DNA of 64,000 bases, from NCBI GenBank assembly GCA_944323575.1, contig CALUTB010000002.1, forward strand, positions 689-64,688, given 5' to 3'. The translations under genes and the position numbers were made by a program. Shown here one piece after another: positions 54,064 through 63,236 of the stretch; the stretch's first letter is position 1, and every line of letters begins with the position of its first letter. Under the pieces are notes generated by a model that ran no database searches, was not told the DNA's origin, and saw only the letters and a program-made list of their open reading frames with translations. This stretch comes from an uncultured Mailhella sp. (GTDB lineage Bacteria; Desulfobacterota; Desulfovibrionia; Desulfovibrionales; Desulfovibrionaceae).

Positions 54064-54259
54064 CAGAGAAGGGCGGGGAACTTTGTTCCCCGTCCCTCAT
54101 GACAAGACGAAAGACGGCGTCCCTCTCGTGCGAGGTGGAGCGCCGTCTTTCGTCATGTTCCTCGGATGTCCGCTTGCCGGGAAGTCCGGAACTGCGGAAG
54201 AAACGCCTTTCTCTGCATGGCGAGGCTCCGCCCGCGGAAAAGGATCGTGCAGGGGAATT

Positions 54260-54742
54260 TTAGCCGGGACGAACCATGCCATGGCCGTTTTCGATCATGG
54301 TCATGATGTGGCGGAAGAAGGGCTCTTCCACAGGCTGTACGGAAAGACGACTGCCCCGCCTGAGCAGTTCCATGCCTTCCAGTTCCGGCTGTCTGCGCAG
54401 TTTTTCCAGAGAAATGGGCGTTGAGAGCGTTCCCACGAGTTTGACGTCCACCATGTACCAGCGGGGATCTTCGGGCGTGGCCTTTTCATCGAAATGTCGG
54501 TTTTTGGGATCCTGCGCGGTATGATCGGGATAGGCTTCCCGCACCACTTCCACAAGGGCCACGATTTCCGGTTTTTTGCCGCTGTGGTAGAAAAAGCCGA
54601 GATCTCCCTTTTTCATGGAACGCATGAGATTGCGGGCCTGATAGTTGCGTACGCCGTCCCAGGAGGTGGTGGCGTCCGGAGAAAAGGTGAGATCGTCCAG
54701 GGAAAAGCAGCCGGGTTCGGTCTTGAAGAGCCAGTAGTTCAT
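54260..54742 (-). CDS. EVE (PUA-like) domain protein
   Basis: Start trimmed to ATG at 54742 (GGAGG RBS): MNYWLFKTEPGCFSLDDL..WDGVRNYQARNLMRSMKKGDLGFFYHS.. Confidence 0.8.
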   Translation of the reverse strand: MNYWLFKTEPGCFSLDDLTFSPDATTSWDGVRNYQARNLMRSMKKGDLGFFYHSGKKPEIVALVEVVREAYPDHTAQDPKNRHFDEKATPEDPRWYMVDVKLVGTLSTPISLEKLRRQPELEGMELLRRGSRLSVQPVEEPFFRHIMTMIENGHGMVRPG

Positions 54743-55023
54743 GGAACCTCCTCGAAAAAGGGGGAATGGTGTCGCTTCTCTGTATACGGTCGGCGCCGGG
54801 CAAAGACAAGCGCTTGCGGACCATACGCCGTTCCTTCGAATGAAGATCCGCCGCAGGGTGTGCGGTTCGGCGCGCAGATTCTGGTTCCTTTGATTGTACA
54901 TAAAATTAAACATAATGAATTTCAATGAGTTAACAATATCAACGTTGACACTCTCCAGCGGTGAATGCTATGAGGAAATAAAAGGGTTTGTACCCTTTGC
55001 ATCATGCTGGAAACGGAGTTGTC

Positions 55024-55398
55024 ATGGCCACCGCGATGAATGAACTGGAAAGGATCACGCTGCATCTGGAAAACGGATCGAGCCTCATGTTTCACGGGCG
55101 TCTGTTTTCCGAGGCCGTGTGGTACGATGAATACAGCGGCGTGCTGACGCATCAGAAACTCTACGTCACGGATCAGAACGAACAGGTATATGCCATTCAG
55201 AAGGGCAGTGGAGACAGAAGCGTCTGCCGCGCGTACCGGGTATCGGTGCACGGCGAGCGCTGCGTGATATATAACGGTCGCCATTCCATGGAGATTCCTC
55301 TTGATCTGCTTCTGCTTGCCGTGCGTACGCTTTGCGGAGCCGAGGACGGTCCCGCCATGGAACAGGCGGAAGAGATGCTGCGCGCGGCCAACTGCTGA
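55024..55398 (+). CDS. Hypothetical protein (no recognisable motif)
   Basis: The ATG at 55024 has GGAG 5 nt upstream, giving 124 aa: MATAMNELERITLHLENGSSLMFHG... The composition looks coding, but I cannot assign a family. Confidence 0.45.
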   Translation: MATAMNELERITLHLENGSSLMFHGRLFSEAVWYDEYSGVLTHQKLYVTDQNEQVYAIQKGSGDRSVCRAYRVSVHGERCVIYNGRHSMEIPLDLLLLAVRTLCGAEDGPAMEQAEEMLRAANC

Positions 55399-55499
55399 GC
55401 GCCTTTTTCCGGTTTCTGCCCGCGGGGGCGTCGTGGGCGACCTTGCGACGGGCCGCCTTTTTCATTTTGAACACAGGAAAACACATATAAGGAAAACGC

Positions 55500-58403
55500 A
55501 TGAACAGTCATGGATTCACCCTTGTGAGGGAAGAGCAGCTGCGCGAGGTCGGCGGACGTGTCCGTCTCTGGAAACACGATGTCACCGGCGCGGAACTTTT
55601 GTCCATCTGCAACGGCGATGAAAACAAGTCCTTCGGCGTGAGCTTCCGCACGCCGCCGAAGGATTCCACGGGCGTAGCCCACATTCTTGAACATTCCGTG
55701 CTCTGCGGTTCCGATCGGTATCCGGTGAAGGAGCCGTTCGTGGAACTTTTGAAAAGTTCTCTTCAGACTTTCCTCAACGCGCTCACCTTTCCCGACAAGA
55801 CCTGTTATCCGGTGGCGAGCTGCAATCTGCAGGACTTCTACAATCTCATCGACGTGTACCTCGACGCGGTGTTTCATCCCCGCATCGACGAAAACGTGCT
55901 GCGTCAGGAGGGCTGGCACATCGAGACCGACGGTTCCGACGCCCCCTGGCAGTTCAAGGGCGTGGTGTTCAATGAAATGAAGGGCGTGTATTCGTCGCCG
56001 GATTCCGTGCTCATGGAGGAATGCCAGCACGCGGTGTTTCCGGACATGCTCTACAGCCTTGATTCAGGGGGAGATCCTGCCGAGATTCCCACGCTCACCT
56101 TCGAGGCCTTCCGCGAGTTTCATGCGGACTACTATCATCCGTCCAACGCCAGATTCTTCTTCTGGGGGGATGATCCTGAACAGGCGCGTCTGGAGCGCAT
56201 AGCCGCGGTGCTTGCCCCCTATGAAAAGCGTGAGGTTTCTTCCGAAGTGCCGCTTCAGCCCCGTCTTGCCTCGCCCCGCCTTGCGGAGGTTCCCTATGCG
56301 GCATCCGAAGGTGAGGATGCGGACAAGGCGCACATGGCCGTGAACTGGCTTCTGTGCGAAACGAAGGACACCGAGGAGATGTTCGTGCTCAATATGCTCG
56401 AACACATCATTGCCGGACTTCCCGGTTCTCCGCTGCGCAAGGCGCTCATGGATTCCGGCCTGGGCGAGGACATTTCCGGCTGCGGCCTTGAGGGGGATCT
56501 GCGCCAGTCCTATTTTTCCATGGGACTTCGTTCCATCGATGCGAAGGACGCGTCCGAAGTGGAGCGTCTCATGATGGACACGCTCGCCGATCTGGCGGAA
56601 AACGGCGTGCCCGCGCCGGCCGTGGAGGCCGCGCTCAATTCTCTGGAATTCATGCTGCGCGAGAATAATACGGGTTCGTTTCCGAGGGGGCTGGCCGCCA
56701 TGTTCCGCAGCCTGTCCGACTGGCTGTACGACGGCGACGCCTTTGCTCCTCTTGCATGGGAAAAGCCTCTTGCGTCCATTAAGAGCCGGCTTGCGTCAGG
56801 GGAGAAGGTGTTCGAGAACGCCATTCGCCGCTGGTTCCTGGACAATACGCATCGCGTGACGGTTCTGCTTCTGCCGGACGCCGGTCTTGCCGCCGCGCGG
56901 CAGGCGGCCGAGGATGCGAAGCTTGCCGCGCTGCGGGCGGGCATGAGCGAAGCGCAGCGCGCCGGTGTGGCCGAAGCTGCGGCCGCGCTCAGGGCCGCGC
57001 AGCAGAAGCCCGATTCTCAGGAAGCGCTCGACGCCATACCGAGTCTGGGCAAGCAGGATCTTCCGGCGGAGAATGCCGTCATCGCCTGCGCCGTGGAGAA
57101 AAAGGACGGTCTGGATGTCGTGACGCACGATCTGGATACCACGGGCATTCTCTATGCGCGCATGGCCTTTGATCTTTCAGGAGTGCCTTCGCGCCTTCTG
57201 CCGCTCACGCCGCTCTATGCCCGCGCGCTTACGGAACTCGGCACGAAGCGCAGCGACTATGTGAAGCTCGGTTTCGAGATTTCCGCGCATACCGGCAGTC
57301 TCGGAGCCGGAGCCGTGGTGCTGCCGCGTCTGTCCGACGCCTCGCCGGTCACTTTCCTTTCGTTCTCTGGCAAGTGCACGGCGGAAAAGGTGGGCAGAAT
57401 GACCGCGCTCATGGAGGAGATCCTTTCCGAGCCGGACTTCGACAACAGGGAACGGTTCATGCAGATGGCTCTTGAGGAAAAGGCTCGCATGGAACAGGCC
57501 GCCGTGCCTTCGGGACACACGCTGGTCAACACCCGTCTGAACGGCAGACTGTCCGCGGTCGGACGCATTTCCGAGGAAATGAACGGCGTGAACGCGCTCT
57601 TCCATGTGCGGGAGCTTATCCGCAGGCTGGAAGAGGACTGGGAATCCGTTCGTCTGGATCTTGTCGGACTGCATGAGCGCATCATCCGCAGGAATGCGCT
57701 GAAGCTGGATCTGACGGCGGACGGTGCGCTTCTTGAAACGTCGCGCCGGTCGCTGGAAGCACTGGCTTTTCGTCTTCCCTCGCGGGACGTGGAGGCTTGC
57801 GCTCTGGAACTCGACGATTTGCCGGGAGCGGAGCTTTTGAGCATTCCAGCGCAGGTCAATTATGTGGGGCTTGGTCTGAGCCTGAAGGATACCGGCTATC
57901 GCTACAGCGGTTCTCAGGCGGTCATTCTTCGCCATCTGCGCATGGGCTATCTGTGGGACCGCGTGCGCGTGCAGGGCGGAGCCTACGGTTGCTTCGCCCG
58001 CTACGGGCGTGCCACCGGAGCCTTCACCTTTGCCTCCTATCGGGATCCCAACGTGGAAAACACGCTGCGCGTGTACCGGGAAACGGCGGACTATCTGGGC
58101 AATCTTTCTCTTTCCGAGGCCGACATCACCCGCGCGGTGGTGGGCGCCATCGGCGATGTGGACGCCTATATGCTGCCCGGAGCCAAGGGCGCGACGGCGT
58201 TTTCACGCTGGATGACCGGCGAGACGGATGAGGAGCGTCAGCGCATACGCGAGGAGATTCTTTCCACGCGTCTTTCTGATTTTCATGATTTCGCGCCCTT
58301 CCTTGCGGCCGGACTGAAGAAGGCCGTGCCTTGCGTGCTCGGCGGAACCGACGCCGAGGCGGCGGCTTCGGCGGAAGGCTGGACCATAACCCGGATGCTG
58401 TAG
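55500..58403 (+). CDS. M16-family (M16C, PreP-like) zinc metallopeptidase
   Basis: 967-aa ORF with the inverted zinc motif HILEHSVLCGS, a downstream E (FNEMKG) and a four-domain length typical of presequence-protease-like enzymes. Confidence 0.85.
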   Translation: MNSHGFTLVREEQLREVGGRVRLWKHDVTGAELLSICNGDENKSFGVSFRTPPKDSTGVAHILEHSVLCGSDRYPVKEPFVELLKSSLQTFLNALTFPDKTCYPVASCNLQDFYNLIDVYLDAVFHPRIDENVLRQEGWHIETDGSDAPWQFKGVVFNEMKGVYSSPDSVLMEECQHAVFPDMLYSLDSGGDPAEIPTLTFEAFREFHADYYHPSNARFFFWGDDPEQARLERIAAVLAPYEKREVSSEVPLQPRLASPRLAEVPYAASEGEDADKAHMAVNWLLCETKDTEEMFVLNMLEHIIAGLPGSPLRKALMDSGLGEDISGCGLEGDLRQSYFSMGLRSIDAKDASEVERLMMDTLADLAENGVPAPAVEAALNSLEFMLRENNTGSFPRGLAAMFRSLSDWLYDGDAFAPLAWEKPLASIKSRLASGEKVFENAIRRWFLDNTHRVTVLLLPDAGLAAARQAAEDAKLAALRAGMSEAQRAGVAEAAAALRAAQQKPDSQEALDAIPSLGKQDLPAENAVIACAVEKKDGLDVVTHDLDTTGILYARMAFDLSGVPSRLLPLTPLYARALTELGTKRSDYVKLGFEISAHTGSLGAGAVVLPRLSDASPVTFLSFSGKCTAEKVGRMTALMEEILSEPDFDNRERFMQMALEEKARMEQAAVPSGHTLVNTRLNGRLSAVGRISEEMNGVNALFHVRELIRRLEEDWESVRLDLVGLHERIIRRNALKLDLTADGALLETSRRSLEALAFRLPSRDVEACALELDDLPGAELLSIPAQVNYVGLGLSLKDTGYRYSGSQAVILRHLRMGYLWDRVRVQGGAYGCFARYGRATGAFTFASYRDPNVENTLRVYRETADYLGNLSLSEADITRAVVGAIGDVDAYMLPGAKGATAFSRWMTGETDEERQRIREEILSTRLSDFHDFAPFLAAGLKKAVPCVLGGTDAEAAASAEGWTITRML

Positions 58404-58426
58404 ACGCGGGCGCGAGGGAGAACTTC

Positions 58427-59254
58427 ATGAAAAGTGAAAAGACGCGCGGCACCATGCTGACGAGTTCTGCGGTCATTTTGTGTCTGGCGACCTTTGCGGC
58501 CGGCTTCGTGAGCGGCAGCGTGGTGTCGGAACACCGGGCAGCCGGCGGGCAGCAGACGGCTGCCGTCGCCCCGGCGCCGGAGCCTGTCATTCAGAGCGAA
58601 CAGCAGCAGACGGAACATATTCAGCATCTGCGGGAGGAGGCCATGCGTTCTCCCGGGAATGCGGCACTGTGGACGAATCTCGGCAATGCCTGCTACGACG
58701 CCGGCGATGCCGACGGAGCCATCGAGGCATACGGTCGATCCCTCGCCCTGAACCCCGGCAATGCCGACGTCCGCACGGACATGGGCAACATGTACCGCAT
58801 GAAGGGAGAGCCGGAACAGGCCGTGGCCTGCTACGATCAGGCGCTCAGGGATCATCCCGGGCACAGAAACGCGGTGTTCAACAAGGGCGTGACCATGCTG
58901 CTTGATCTGGAACAGCCTGAAGAGGCCGTAGCCTTCTGGAGTTCCGTGGTGGAGAAGCAGCCGGACTTCAGGCTTTCAAGCGGCATAGAGCTTCGTCAGG
59001 CCATGCCCGGCGTGGTGTCGGACGCGGCCCTGCAGCTTGAGGCGCACGGCAGGAACGAGGTCGCGCTGCGGGCCTATGAAGAGGCGCTGAAGCTTGACGA
59101 CTCCTTTGCCCCCGCGCTGGTGCACCGCGCATGGCTTCTTGAGGGCATGGGGCGCGCCTACGAGGCGCAGCCTTTGTGGAAACGCGTCGTCGAACTGTAT
59201 CCCGATGCCACGGATCCGACGGGAAAACCTGTCCGCGACCGCATCAAGCAATAA
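58427..59254 (+). CDS. Membrane-anchored tetratricopeptide-repeat (TPR) protein
   Basis: Start trimmed to ATG at 58427 (GAGGGAG RBS). It has an N-terminal TM helix and then TPR-like repeats (WTNLGNACYDAGDADGAIEAYGRSLALNPGNA..). Confidence 0.7.
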   Translation: MKSEKTRGTMLTSSAVILCLATFAAGFVSGSVVSEHRAAGGQQTAAVAPAPEPVIQSEQQQTEHIQHLREEAMRSPGNAALWTNLGNACYDAGDADGAIEAYGRSLALNPGNADVRTDMGNMYRMKGEPEQAVACYDQALRDHPGHRNAVFNKGVTMLLDLEQPEEAVAFWSSVVEKQPDFRLSSGIELRQAMPGVVSDAALQLEAHGRNEVALRAYEEALKLDDSFAPALVHRAWLLEGMGRAYEAQPLWKRVVELYPDATDPTGKPVRDRIKQ

Positions 59255-59269
59255 TCATACCGAACTGTC

Positions 59270-62200
59270 ATGCTTCAGTTTTCTTTTTCTTTCACGCGCA
59301 TCGTCATGTCGGTTGCGACGCTTTGCGTGCTTCTCAGCGTGCCGTTTCCGCTGGCGGCGGAAACGGCGGAGCCGGGCGTCGTCATTGCAGGGCCTGCGCC
59401 TTCCGTGTCGGTTCCCGAACCTGTGACCATACGGGCGGAACCGCAGCCGCAGGCTCCGCCTCCGCTGGGGAGACGCTCTTCGGCATCCAGACTGGGTGTG
59501 CGTTCCGAGCTCACCATGCTTGCCGATCCCGACGGCAGTCTGGATCAGAAGACCGCGGCCGCAAGTCTCTCCCGCTTTGTTCCGTTTGCCGTCGACGTGC
59601 TGTCGCGCAGTCCCGGCGTACTGTGGCTGCATCTCGACCTCGCCGACGTGAAGGACGCCGCGCCGCATACACTGTGGCTCGATCTCGGTACACAGATTCC
59701 GTCCGGGGTGTCCGTGTGGCTGTCTCCGGACGGGCGGGACTTTGAGGAGGTCGGGGCCGGATTCTCCGGACTGTATGATCTTCTTCCCTCCGGAGAACGG
59801 GGACATGTGCTCATCCGCATGGACGGTCTGCCCGGGCTGTGGTTCCGTCCGGCGCTGTGCGCGCCGTCGGTGGCGGTGACGTCTCCGGAACGACTCGGAC
59901 ATATGCTGTGTCTGACGGCGCTGGCCGTGCTCGGCGCGCTTTCTCTGCTGCTCAGCGTGACGGAGCGGAGCGAGGGCCGGTTCTGGACGGGCGTGCTTGC
60001 CCTGGCGGCGCTGACGCAGATACTGTGGGGCGTGCCTTCCATGCCCACGGGGCATGTGGGAACGGGCGCGTTTCCCGGTATGTTTGCGGCTGGCGTGGCG
60101 CTGTTCATGCTGCCTCATGCCGGACGCGTGGTCATGCGCACGCGAGAGACTTCGCCGTTCGTGGACACGCTTTTTCTTCTTTTCGCGCTGCCGGGGGCGT
60201 GCGCGGCCATTGTTCCGCTTCTTCCCGGCATGGCATGGACGGTGCGACTGCTGCCTCTGTGGCCGCTTGCGGCCCTGCTCTGTCTTGTGCCGTCCGTGGT
60301 ACTCCTTTTTCGCGGCGTGAGGGGAAGCGGTTCGTTTACGCTGAGCTGTCTTTTCATGGGAGGAGGCGCCGTCGTCTCGCTGTGGGGACTCGTGCACGGA
60401 CTGGAAAGTCCGTGGTGGGGGCTTGCCGTGCAGGCGGGGCAGGCTGCGGGCGTGCTGTTTCTCTCCTCGGCCGCGCCCCGGCGTGCGGAAGACGGCGTTC
60501 CCGCGAAGGAGTCGGCGCTCGACATCGCGCCGCGCAGACCTGTGGAGAATCGGGTCAACACCTATCGGGACAATAGTCTTGCCGCGTTGCGCCGGGCCTT
60601 CCGCGGTACCGTGGAGGAGCTGTTCGAGGAGGCGTGCCGGCTGGATCTTGCTCTGTCGAGAGCCGGGGTGGACAAGGATAAGGTGGACATCATGACCCAT
60701 GCCGACGGCATGGTGGCGGCCGCGCGCAGACTGTCGGAAAGCGCCCTCGACCTGCCTGCGGAAGCGACGCTTCCCGATGCCTCTCTGCAGGTGTTCGAGC
60801 TGCGTCAGGTCATACAGAAGGCCTTTGCCTCCGTGTTCGACGAGGCCGGCAGGAAGGGACTGGGACTGGCATGGTACGTGGCTCCGCAGCTGGGACAGAA
60901 GTTCAAGGGCGATGCGGCACGGCTGACGGCGCTGCTGTCTCTGCTGCTTGCTGACGCCGTACGGGCCTCATCGCGCGGCGCGGTCAGTCTGCATGTCCGG
61001 CGTTCCGGCGCGAGCACGCATCCGGGGCATCTGCAGTTCACCGTGATCGACAACGGCGAGGGCCTGCCGCCGCGCGGCAGACAGAGCATGCTGATTTCCC
61101 GTGCGTGGGAGCTGGCATGCGCGAACGGCGGCGACTTCTTCATGGACAGCACGCCGCAGGGCATGGAGCTTTCCTTCAGCATGGAGTGCACGGCCATGGA
61201 GCCTGACGGCGTGACGGAGCGAGTCCTCCCTTCATCCGATGCGACGGCGGAGGGACGGGACGCTCTTGTGCCCGTCATACTGGCGTCGGCGGACGCGCTG
61301 AACCGGCAGATGTATGCGCATTATCTCTCCGACATGGGGCTTTCGATCTGGGAGGCCCGTGACGCGGAGGAGGCCGCCGCTCTGTATGCGACCTCTCCCG
61401 CGGCTCTGGTGATCTTCGACGGCAGTCTCCGCGAGGAGGACATGGTGCAGGGACTTGCGGCGATACGCATGTTCGAAGGGGAGCAGGCACTTGCCGCCGC
61501 ACCCTTCCTGCTGTTGGCCCGCGACGACATGCAGGCCGGACGCATGGCCAAGGCCGGATGCGACGAATCTCTGCTGCTGCCCGTGGTGCGCAGGGATCTG
61601 CGCGCTCTGACGCGTTGGCTGATCTCGCCTTCCGGTCCCAGACCCGTGCTCAGTTCGCAGCGCATCACGCTTGCGGCCGTGCTCGCCGGAGCGCATTCGG
61701 GAACGGCCCGCATGAAGACCAAGGCCGCGCGTCGCGCAGCGGCGCAGGAAAGTGCGGAAACGGCCGCAGTCCGTGCGGACGAAGTGTCCGGAGCGCCGGA
61801 GCAGACGGAAGGGAACGTGCTTTCCCTGCAGCCTGATGCTTCCGCGGATTCCGGAAAAAAGGAACGCGGCTGGCTCTCTTCCCTGTTCCGTCCGCATGAG
61901 AAGACCGGCAGACCGCTGGAGGTCTCGCAGGCGGAACCCTGGATCACGGAAAAGGAGCGCGGACGGAGCACTTCGTCCGGCATCAAAGCAGCCCCGGAAG
62001 AGTCTGCTTCTTCCGAGGTCGTGGAGCTTCTTTCGGAACAGGTTCTCGTGGAAGAGAGCGGCGTTCAGGAACTGACGCAGGACAGAATCGTGTCCGGCGA
62101 CGGAGAGAACGCCGGGGACGAAAACGGGCAGGAGCCTCTGGATCTGGATGCCTCTTTCATCCATGCGGAGGAGACCGTCGTTCTGCAGTCGGAGCAGGCA

Positions 62201-62539
62201 TTTTCGGAAGAACCTGCGCCTTCGGAGGAAGAGCCACCGTCAGGGGAATCTTCAGAGGCCTCATCCTCCGGTGCTTCCGACGGCGTGGACGACGAAGAGC
62301 TGGAACTGCCGCTCGGCAGGATGACGGAGGGCGTGAACGGCATTTCCGAGGCATTGATCCGCGGCGACGTGCCCGCCATACGCCGTGGTGCGCGGGATCT
62401 TTCCGCCATTGCCGACCGCTACGGCATGCATACGCTGGCCGATATGGCACGCTGCTTCCGCGCCGCGTGGGAGGAAGGCGACGTTGAGGCCGCGGCGCAG
62501 ATCGTGGAAGAAATGCGCTCTGAGATCGCCAGACTGTAA
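59270..62539 (+). CDS. Seven-TM (7TMR-DISM-like) sensor protein with degenerate HATPase, receiver-like and Hpt-like modules
   Basis: 1089-aa ORF. In order: signal peptide, ~170-aa periplasmic domain, seven hydrophobic segments, HATPase-like region (GDAARLTALLSLLLADAVRAS..VIDNGEGLP), receiver-like region (VILASADALNRQ..LVIFDGSL), acidic/Ser-rich linker, and a C-terminal four-helix Hpt-like segment. Confidence 0.6.
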   Translation: MLQFSFSFTRIVMSVATLCVLLSVPFPLAAETAEPGVVIAGPAPSVSVPEPVTIRAEPQPQAPPPLGRRSSASRLGVRSELTMLADPDGSLDQKTAAASLSRFVPFAVDVLSRSPGVLWLHLDLADVKDAAPHTLWLDLGTQIPSGVSVWLSPDGRDFEEVGAGFSGLYDLLPSGERGHVLIRMDGLPGLWFRPALCAPSVAVTSPERLGHMLCLTALAVLGALSLLLSVTERSEGRFWTGVLALAALTQILWGVPSMPTGHVGTGAFPGMFAAGVALFMLPHAGRVVMRTRETSPFVDTLFLLFALPGACAAIVPLLPGMAWTVRLLPLWPLAALLCLVPSVVLLFRGVRGSGSFTLSCLFMGGGAVVSLWGLVHGLESPWWGLAVQAGQAAGVLFLSSAAPRRAEDGVPAKESALDIAPRRPVENRVNTYRDNSLAALRRAFRGTVEELFEEACRLDLALSRAGVDKDKVDIMTHADGMVAAARRLSESALDLPAEATLPDASLQVFELRQVIQKAFASVFDEAGRKGLGLAWYVAPQLGQKFKGDAARLTALLSLLLADAVRASSRGAVSLHVRRSGASTHPGHLQFTVIDNGEGLPPRGRQSMLISRAWELACANGGDFFMDSTPQGMELSFSMECTAMEPDGVTERVLPSSDATAEGRDALVPVILASADALNRQMYAHYLSDMGLSIWEARDAEEAAALYATSPAALVIFDGSLREEDMVQGLAAIRMFEGEQALAAAPFLLLARDDMQAGRMAKAGCDESLLLPVVRRDLRALTRWLISPSGPRPVLSSQRITLAAVLAGAHSGTARMKTKAARRAAAQESAETAAVRADEVSGAPEQTEGNVLSLQPDASADSGKKERGWLSSLFRPHEKTGRPLEVSQAEPWITEKERGRSTSSGIKAAPEESASSEVVELLSEQVLVEESGVQELTQDRIVSGDGENAGDENGQEPLDLDASFIHAEETVVLQSEQAFSEEPAPSEEEPPSGESSEASSSGASDGVDDEELELPLGRMTEGVNGISEALIRGDVPAIRRGARDLSAIADRYGMHTLADMARCFRAAWEEGDVEAAAQIVEEMRSEIARL

Positions 62540-62659
62540 CCTGCGCGGGAAAATGCATTTTTTCCGTGTTCGAAAGCTTGCAACTTCGTCTGAAAGAACG
62601 TATGTTGAAGTCATGTTTAGGCGGCATTCCGCCTCGGACAAAGAAACACAGGAGGCAAT

Positions 62660-63133
62660 ATGCCAAAGCTGCAGAAGATTATTTGTGCGCTGGATCTTTC
62701 CGAGCACAGCAAGACAGTGGCTGAATACGCCTGCATGCTTGCCAAGGCCACGAATGCCAGCATCGTCGCTGTGTATGCGGCCCCTACGCTGACGCAGTAC
62801 ACGGGGTTCCATGTCCCGCCGAACACCATCGACAGCTTTGTCGGCGAGATCGTTTCCGGCGCGGAAAAGGCCATGGCTCAGTTTGTCTCTGAAAACTTCG
62901 AAGGCGTGGAAACCAAGGCTGAGGTCGTAGTCGGCTACGCCGCCGAGGAAATCCTTGAAATTGCCGCCAAGGAAGACGCGGACATGATCGTCATGGGTAC
63001 GCACGGACGCAAGGGCATCGACCGGATTCTGTTCGGTTCCGTGGCCGAGCGCGTCGTGAAGAACTCTCATCTGCCCGTCCTCACCATTCGTCCTTCCGAC
63101 AACTATACCGGCGGCGCGATGTACAAGGACTGA
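62660..63133 (+). CDS. Universal stress protein (UspA family)
   Basis: 157-aa ORF with AGGAGG RBS: KIICALDLSEHS..DMIVMGTHGRKGIDRILFGSVAERVV. Confidence 0.9.
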   Translation: MPKLQKIICALDLSEHSKTVAEYACMLAKATNASIVAVYAAPTLTQYTGFHVPPNTIDSFVGEIVSGAEKAMAQFVSENFEGVETKAEVVVGYAAEEILEIAAKEDADMIVMGTHGRKGIDRILFGSVAERVVKNSHLPVLTIRPSDNYTGGAMYKD

Positions 63134-63160
63134 TGCTTTCTTTCTGATGTGATCTGAAGC

Positions 63161-63210
63161 GGGGCTTTCCTTTTACGGCATTGTCCGGGGAGGAAAGCCC
63201 CTTTTGTTTG
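63161..63210 (+). terminator. Terminator-like hairpin after the usp gene
   Basis: GGGGCTTTCC, a 21-nt loop, then GGAAAGCCCC followed by TTTTGTTTG. Confidence 0.6.
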
Positions 63211-63236
63211 TCAATGTTCTCTTCAAGGTATGTTCC

